The notes under the pieces are model-generated. The model saw nothing but the letters and a program-made list of their open reading frames with translations, made no database searches and had not been told where the DNA came from. Shown here in pieces: positions 60,108 through 64,000 of a DNA stretch of 64,000 nt. Within the stretch, counting starts at the first letter, position 1. Each line of letters opens with the position of its first letter. The position numbers and the translations under genes are program-made. Source of the stretch: an uncultured Candidatus Binatia bacterium (GTDB lineage: Bacteria; Desulfobacterota; Binatia; Bin18); assembly GCA_965214605.1 (NCBI GenBank), contig OZ243961.1:416001-480000 (forward strand), written 5' to 3'.

Positions 60108-61307
60108 TCAGTCGAGTTTGTAGACTCTGGCCACGTTCTCGCTCAGGATGCCACGCCGGGCCACGTCGGTCATCGGCGCCACCATCTCGCCCAATTCTTC
60201 TAAATAATTGTCAGGGTGGTCGGGATGGGGATAATCACTGGCCCAGAAAAACTTGTCCTCGCCGATAATACCGGTCAGCGCACTAATGGTCCGTTCTTCC
60301 GGGTCGGCCGAGATATAGCACTGGCGCTTGAAGTAATACGAAGGCGCGTTTTTGAGCCTGACTGTTGCACTGAGCGTCGTACCTTTGAAGATGGCGTCGG
60401 CCCGGTCTAGGAAGTAGCCGATCCAGCCTGCTTGCGATTCTAAGACCACGGTACGCAAGCGCGGGAAGCGCTCAAAGACGCCAAGCTGAAAAAAGGTGGC
60501 AAAGGCGTGCTGCACGCCCTGACCGGCAAACAGATCATTATACCAAGCCGCCCAGCCAAACTTGTCATAGCGATGGTGGATGCTGAACTCAGGCGGCTCA
60601 AAGGTTGGATGAATGGCCAGCGGCACGTCGAGGTCTTGGGCCGCCGCAAAGACCGCATCGTGGCGCGGGTCGCCATGCGGGACGCGCGTAATCGTAAACG
60701 GAGCCACAAAGGCGCCTTTACAGCCGTCCTTGACGGCCCGCTGTAGCTCGCGGGCGGCCTCTTCGGGCTCGCCCAAGGAGAGATGAGCAATCGGCACTAG
60801 CCGACCGCCGGAATCACGACAGAAGTCGGCGATCCAACGGTTGTAGGCCCGACAATAGGCGGCCGACAGTTCGGCATCGAACAGCTCGGCTTCCCACAAC
60901 AGGCCGATCGTCGGATACAGAATGGCCTTCTCCATGCCCTCCTGTTCAAGGAGTTCCAGCCGCTCCTTCATATCCATCGTGCCAAACGCCGCGCCTCTCA
61001 GGTAGGTCTGCTCGGGTTCTATCCGGATGGCCCGAATGTCTTCCGGGCTGACTTCACCGTCCATGGCCCTACGGCGCAGCTGCTGCGCCTCCTCAATCTG
61101 CTTGCCCATGCCGCCCAACGTGCCCAGCATCCCAGGTTTGACCAGCTTGGCCCGCCTTTGATCGACCTCCAGATACTCATAGCCGTCCTCGCCGACCCGT
61201 AACCGCAGAGCCCGACCACGGTACTGCGATTCGAGATAGGTCTCCCACAAATCGGGCGGTTCTAGAATATGCCCATCGCAATCAATCACTACAGGTTCTA
61301 CCGTCAT
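60108..61307 (-). CDS. Amidohydrolase family protein (Amidohydro_2)
   Basis: VIDCDGHILEP, ILYPT, AYNRW, LESQAGW, WASDYPH; start MTVEP with GGAGG SD. Confidence 0.9.
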   Translation of the reverse strand: MTVEPVVIDCDGHILEPPDLWETYLESQYRGRALRLRVGEDGYEYLEVDQRRAKLVKPGMLGTLGGMGKQIEEAQQLRRRAMDGEVSPEDIRAIRIEPEQTYLRGAAFGTMDMKERLELLEQEGMEKAILYPTIGLLWEAELFDAELSAAYCRAYNRWIADFCRDSGGRLVPIAHLSLGEPEEAARELQRAVKDGCKGAFVAPFTITRVPHGDPRHDAVFAAAQDLDVPLAIHPTFEPPEFSIHHRYDKFGWAAWYNDLFAGQGVQHAFATFFQLGVFERFPRLRTVVLESQAGWIGYFLDRADAIFKGTTLSATVRLKNAPSYYFKRQCYISADPEERTISALTGIIGEDKFFWASDYPHPDHPDNYLEELGEMVAPMTDVARRGILSENVARVYKLD

Positions 61308-61821
61308 AATCCTCCGTCCTCTCACGTCTTGTTCGTGCACCCGCAGATCAATCATGCTTACGGGAGGCTCGTCAAGTAGCCTGGCCGTGTTTCTGAGTCT
61401 CCACCTCTCTGGTGCGGGAAAAGGATGCGCGGCGAGCCCAGCGCACCTCTCGGCGCTCTCCCCTGAGGTCACAAGATACCGGCACCTTTCCTCAATACGC
61501 CGGTAGTGAGCCATCGCGCTTGTCGACGAGGCCGGAATGGAATTGGAACGCTTTTGCGTCCGACGCGGCATCGACCTCGAATTGGAACTCCAGCACATAT
61601 GGGCTCGGCGTAGTACCGCAAGTCAAATGCCGGATCACACTCGCGTGCTTACCCCGGTCACGTTCGCAAGCCGCCGCAGCCGTGTGTCATCGGCTCAGTC
61701 GGGTGGTCAGATTCGGCTGCACTCACACATATATTTGATTTGCCTGGAAAAGACTTCTCCTCAAGAGAGCACGCTGCTCAAAGCATGATTGCAGGAAACG
61801 AATCATTGCTGGCAGTGTGTC

Positions 61822-62130
61822 CTATAATTTCTTCGCCAAGTAAAAACGTATGGACTCGCTGCTAGTTTCGATCTGACCGGCAAAAGAGCTGAGTACAGTT
61901 TCCAGCTCTTGCATCTGAAAGGGTCGCCCCAAACAGGCTTCCAGCGTCTTGCGACGAATGATGCATTCATCCTGTGTCTCAACCCGGATATAAGCCGTGT
62001 GATCCTCAATACTGATCTCTTGGTCAGGATTATCCTGATAGATGGCCTCAACGGCTGCGTCAGCGATCTCCCCAGCGCTCAGGACCGGGCCAACCGTATT
62101 CCTGCCCTCCGTACCCATAAGACGGCTCAC
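61822..62130 (-). CDS. Diiron monooxygenase effector protein (TmoD/TouD; MmoB/DmpM family)
   Basis: VGPVL..GEIADA, DNP, YIRV, LGRPFQMQELE..LSSFAGQI. Confidence 0.9.
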   Translation of the reverse strand: MSRLMGTEGRNTVGPVLSAGEIADAAVEAIYQDNPDQEISIEDHTAYIRVETQDECIIRRKTLEACLGRPFQMQELETVLSSFAGQIETSSESIRFYLAKKL

Positions 62131-62465
62131 ACCCCAACCCGCCGGGGCTCAACACCGGCAACATCAACATAGACCTCGTCACCCTCAATCTTGACCGGAT
62201 AGCGTGCTAGCCCGCAGTCATCGGGATTGATGCCTCTCCCGGTGGTCACATCGAACTCCCAGCGGTGCGAGTTGCAGATGAGCACCCGCCGTCCGTCGAA
62301 CTCACCGGCAGAGAGTGGGAAACTCTGGTGCGGACACTCGCCCTGTATAGCGATCAGCTCACCATCCCTAGGATAGACAAGGACAATGGTTTGTCCGTCG
62401 ACCTCGAACTCGGCGAGGTCGCCCTCCCAGACCTCGTCCACACGACACACCCGGATAAACGCCAT
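62127..62465 (-). CDS. Rieske ferredoxin (TmoC/TouC-like)
   Basis: CPHQ...CNSHRWEF, GINPDDC; start MAFIRVC at 62465. Confidence 0.9.
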   Translation of the reverse strand: MAFIRVCRVDEVWEGDLAEFEVDGQTIVLVYPRDGELIAIQGECPHQSFPLSAGEFDGRRVLICNSHRWEFDVTTGRGINPDDCGLARYPVKIEGDEVYVDVAGVEPRRVGV

Positions 62466-62481
62466 CGTCTTTCGCCCCTCT

Positions 62482-63480
62482 TCAGGACAGCCCAATCTCC
62501 AAATTCGACACAAAAGTGCGGACTGCGCCTTTTGCCGTGTCCGCCGCCTGTGGACTGTCGGGCAATGCTCGGCAGTAGGCCTCAATCGCCCGGTCTGCCG
62601 GTTCGAGCCACTTCTCGACCCAACCATGCATCACCGCGATATTGTTGGGCTGTTGGGCAGCAAACCGCACTAAGGCCGCAGTCCAGGTCCGCGAACGCTG
62701 GACATCACGGTACTCTGAATCGGCAATCAGGCCCAGCAGGCTATCCGCGTGAGCCCGCGCCGTTTCGGCCAGCTGGCCTACCACTGCCTCATCAAGCGCG
62801 GGCTTGGCCACCAGATTCAGCGCCACAAAACTCTCCCCCCAATCGTAGGCAACCAAGAGGTGTTCCATCAGCCGCCGAAACCCCTGCCAGGCTGCGTCAT
62901 TCTCCCAGCGCTGGCGTTCTGCGCTGCCAAAACCCGCATCTGGATAGGTCTGCTTGAGTTCGGCCGTGCGGTAGGCAAGGTGGGACACACACCGCATGGC
63001 ATCAGCAGCCTGGTACAGAGCGCAGTTCCGGATCGTACTAGACGGAACTATCTGGACCAGATAGTGGGAGGCCATCTGCACGGTATGGAAGACGTAGCGG
63101 GCAGGACTGTACAAGCGTGCCAGCACGTCCACCCAGGTCGGATCAAGGGCTGCGTCGTAGTGCCGCTCGTTGTGCTGGTCAAGCAGGCCCTCGACATAGG
63201 TCTCCTGCTGGTCCTGAAGAATATTATACGCCCGATATGTCATCTCATCTGGATCACGAAAAGCCTCCCAGTCACAATCCCGGAAGGGAGAGCCGTGTCG
63301 GTACCGTTTGAACCATTGGGACAGCGGAATGTTGGGGCCAAGCTCAAACGGCGACTCCTCATTCTTGGCGTTGTACATGAGATTGGTCGAGACAATCTCA
63401 TACTCGCTCGGACGCCGCCGGCGGTCGGCCAGATGGCTCCAGGTTCGGAGCGGCTTGAGGGATTCTGATGCCTTACTCAT
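62482..63480 (-). CDS. Aromatic/alkene monooxygenase hydroxylase beta subunit (TmoE/TouE-like)
   Basis: LKPLRTWSHL..RRRPSEYEIVS, FRDPD..TYR.Y, AWQGFR, YDWGESF. Confidence 0.92.
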   Translation of the reverse strand: MSKASESLKPLRTWSHLADRRRRPSEYEIVSTNLMYNAKNEESPFELGPNIPLSQWFKRYRHGSPFRDCDWEAFRDPDEMTYRAYNILQDQQETYVEGLLDQHNERHYDAALDPTWVDVLARLYSPARYVFHTVQMASHYLVQIVPSSTIRNCALYQAADAMRCVSHLAYRTAELKQTYPDAGFGSAERQRWENDAAWQGFRRLMEHLLVAYDWGESFVALNLVAKPALDEAVVGQLAETARAHADSLLGLIADSEYRDVQRSRTWTAALVRFAAQQPNNIAVMHGWVEKWLEPADRAIEAYCRALPDSPQAADTAKGAVRTFVSNLEIGLS

Positions 63481-63727
63481 AGTACAGTTCAATACTGCTC
63501 AGCGGTCCAAGACCGGCTTGGGCGACGGTCATATCGGGTGGAAACGGCTCGGGGGCCCCAACTGCGCGCACGCGCAGCACCCTGTCAGCCCGTTTGTTTT
63601 TCTCAAAGCCGATGCTCAGGGCCGCCGCCATCTCGCATATCTCGTCCATAGTATTCTCGCTATCCACCACGGACAGATACAGGACGAACTCATCGTGAAG
63701 ATTATGCACGAGCGGAATCTGTGCCAT
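63473..63727 (-). CDS. Monooxygenase hydroxylase gamma subunit (TmoB/TouB-like)
   Basis: 84 aa, DEFVL..VDSENTMDE..., MTVAQAGL.P; located between the alpha and beta genes. Confidence 0.8.
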   Translation of the reverse strand: MAQIPLVHNLHDEFVLYLSVVDSENTMDEICEMAAALSIGFEKNKRADRVLRVRAVGAPEPFPPDMTVAQAGLGPLSSIELYYE

Positions 63728-63739
63728 GAGCCTCCCCTG

Positions 63740-64000
63740 TCAGGTGGCCCTGGCGCGAGCCTCGCGGTAGGCTTCGATCCAGCTGTGCTTGAGTGCGTCC
63801 CCACCCTGCTCGCCCTGGTGTAAATCGAAGTAGGCGAGCAAACCGTCGAGCGTGGGCGGCTGAATCATACCGGCCATCATACGGTCGGCGACACTCAGAT
63901 GGTCTTGGTAACGGTCAGGGTCTTGCTGAAAAATCCAGCGATCCACCTCAGACCCAAAGTGATAGGTCCGGCCGTTGTGTTCGAACGGATAGTCTTTGAG
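63740..64000 (-). CDS. Monooxygenase hydroxylase alpha subunit C-terminus (TmoA/TouA-like, YHS region), truncated by the window edge
   Basis: KDYPFEHNGRTYHFGSEVDRWIFQQDPDRY..H....DR..AG.IQP. Confidence 0.88.
   Translation of the reverse strand, partial: LKDYPFEHNGRTYHFGSEVDRWIFQQDPDRYQDHLSVADRMMAGMIQPPTLDGLLAYFDLHQGEQGGDALKHSWIEAYREARARAT

Noticed and set aside
59472-60203. 243-aa plus-strand ORF
   Set aside because: Antisense shadow of the selenoprotein and amidohydrolase genes, with no motifs
62265-63468. 230-aa and 239-aa plus-strand ORFs
   Set aside because: Antisense to well-supported monooxygenase subunits; typical GC-rich shadow ORFs

Overview
Gene-dense, moderately GC-rich bacterial chromosomal segment with about 65 CDS. 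I recognised no rRNA, tRNA, CRISPR array or intact mobile element. The gene content (many Amidohydro_2 and LLM/F420 paralogs, DUF1302, sigma-32, a toluene-type diiron monooxygenase) is reminiscent of Binatota/Deltaproteobacteria-like heterotrophs; this placement is inference only. Housekeeping genes (ttuBA, trmI, trmB, queG, RluA family, tkt, moeB, folP, iscA, der, adk, rpoH) alternate with accessory blocks. Main highlights: (1) a selenoprotein that the ORF track splits in two (PrdB/GrdB-like, in-frame UGA in a U-x-x-C motif, SECIS-like hairpin), sitting in an amidohydrolase-selenoprotein-F420 LLM operon with no Grd/Prd partners in the window; (2) a 13-kb envelope locus (two nucleotidyltransferases, CDP-alcohol phosphotransferase, flippase, GT-A/ELM1 fusion, gpmA, 2OG oxygenase, GT4, fused LptF-LptG) resembling an expanded ceramide-phosphoglycerate-type lipid head-group and export system; (3) a toluene-monooxygenase-type cluster in the non-canonical order A-B-E-C-D with no trailing reductase, near a hydroquinone dioxygenase; (4) a heavily eroded type ISP-like restriction-modification gene filling an apparently empty 2-kb gap, and a decayed tandem LLM duplicate; (5) a Thermus-like ttuB-ttuA-trmI module and two ubiquitin-like sulfur carriers with masked Gly-Gly ends.
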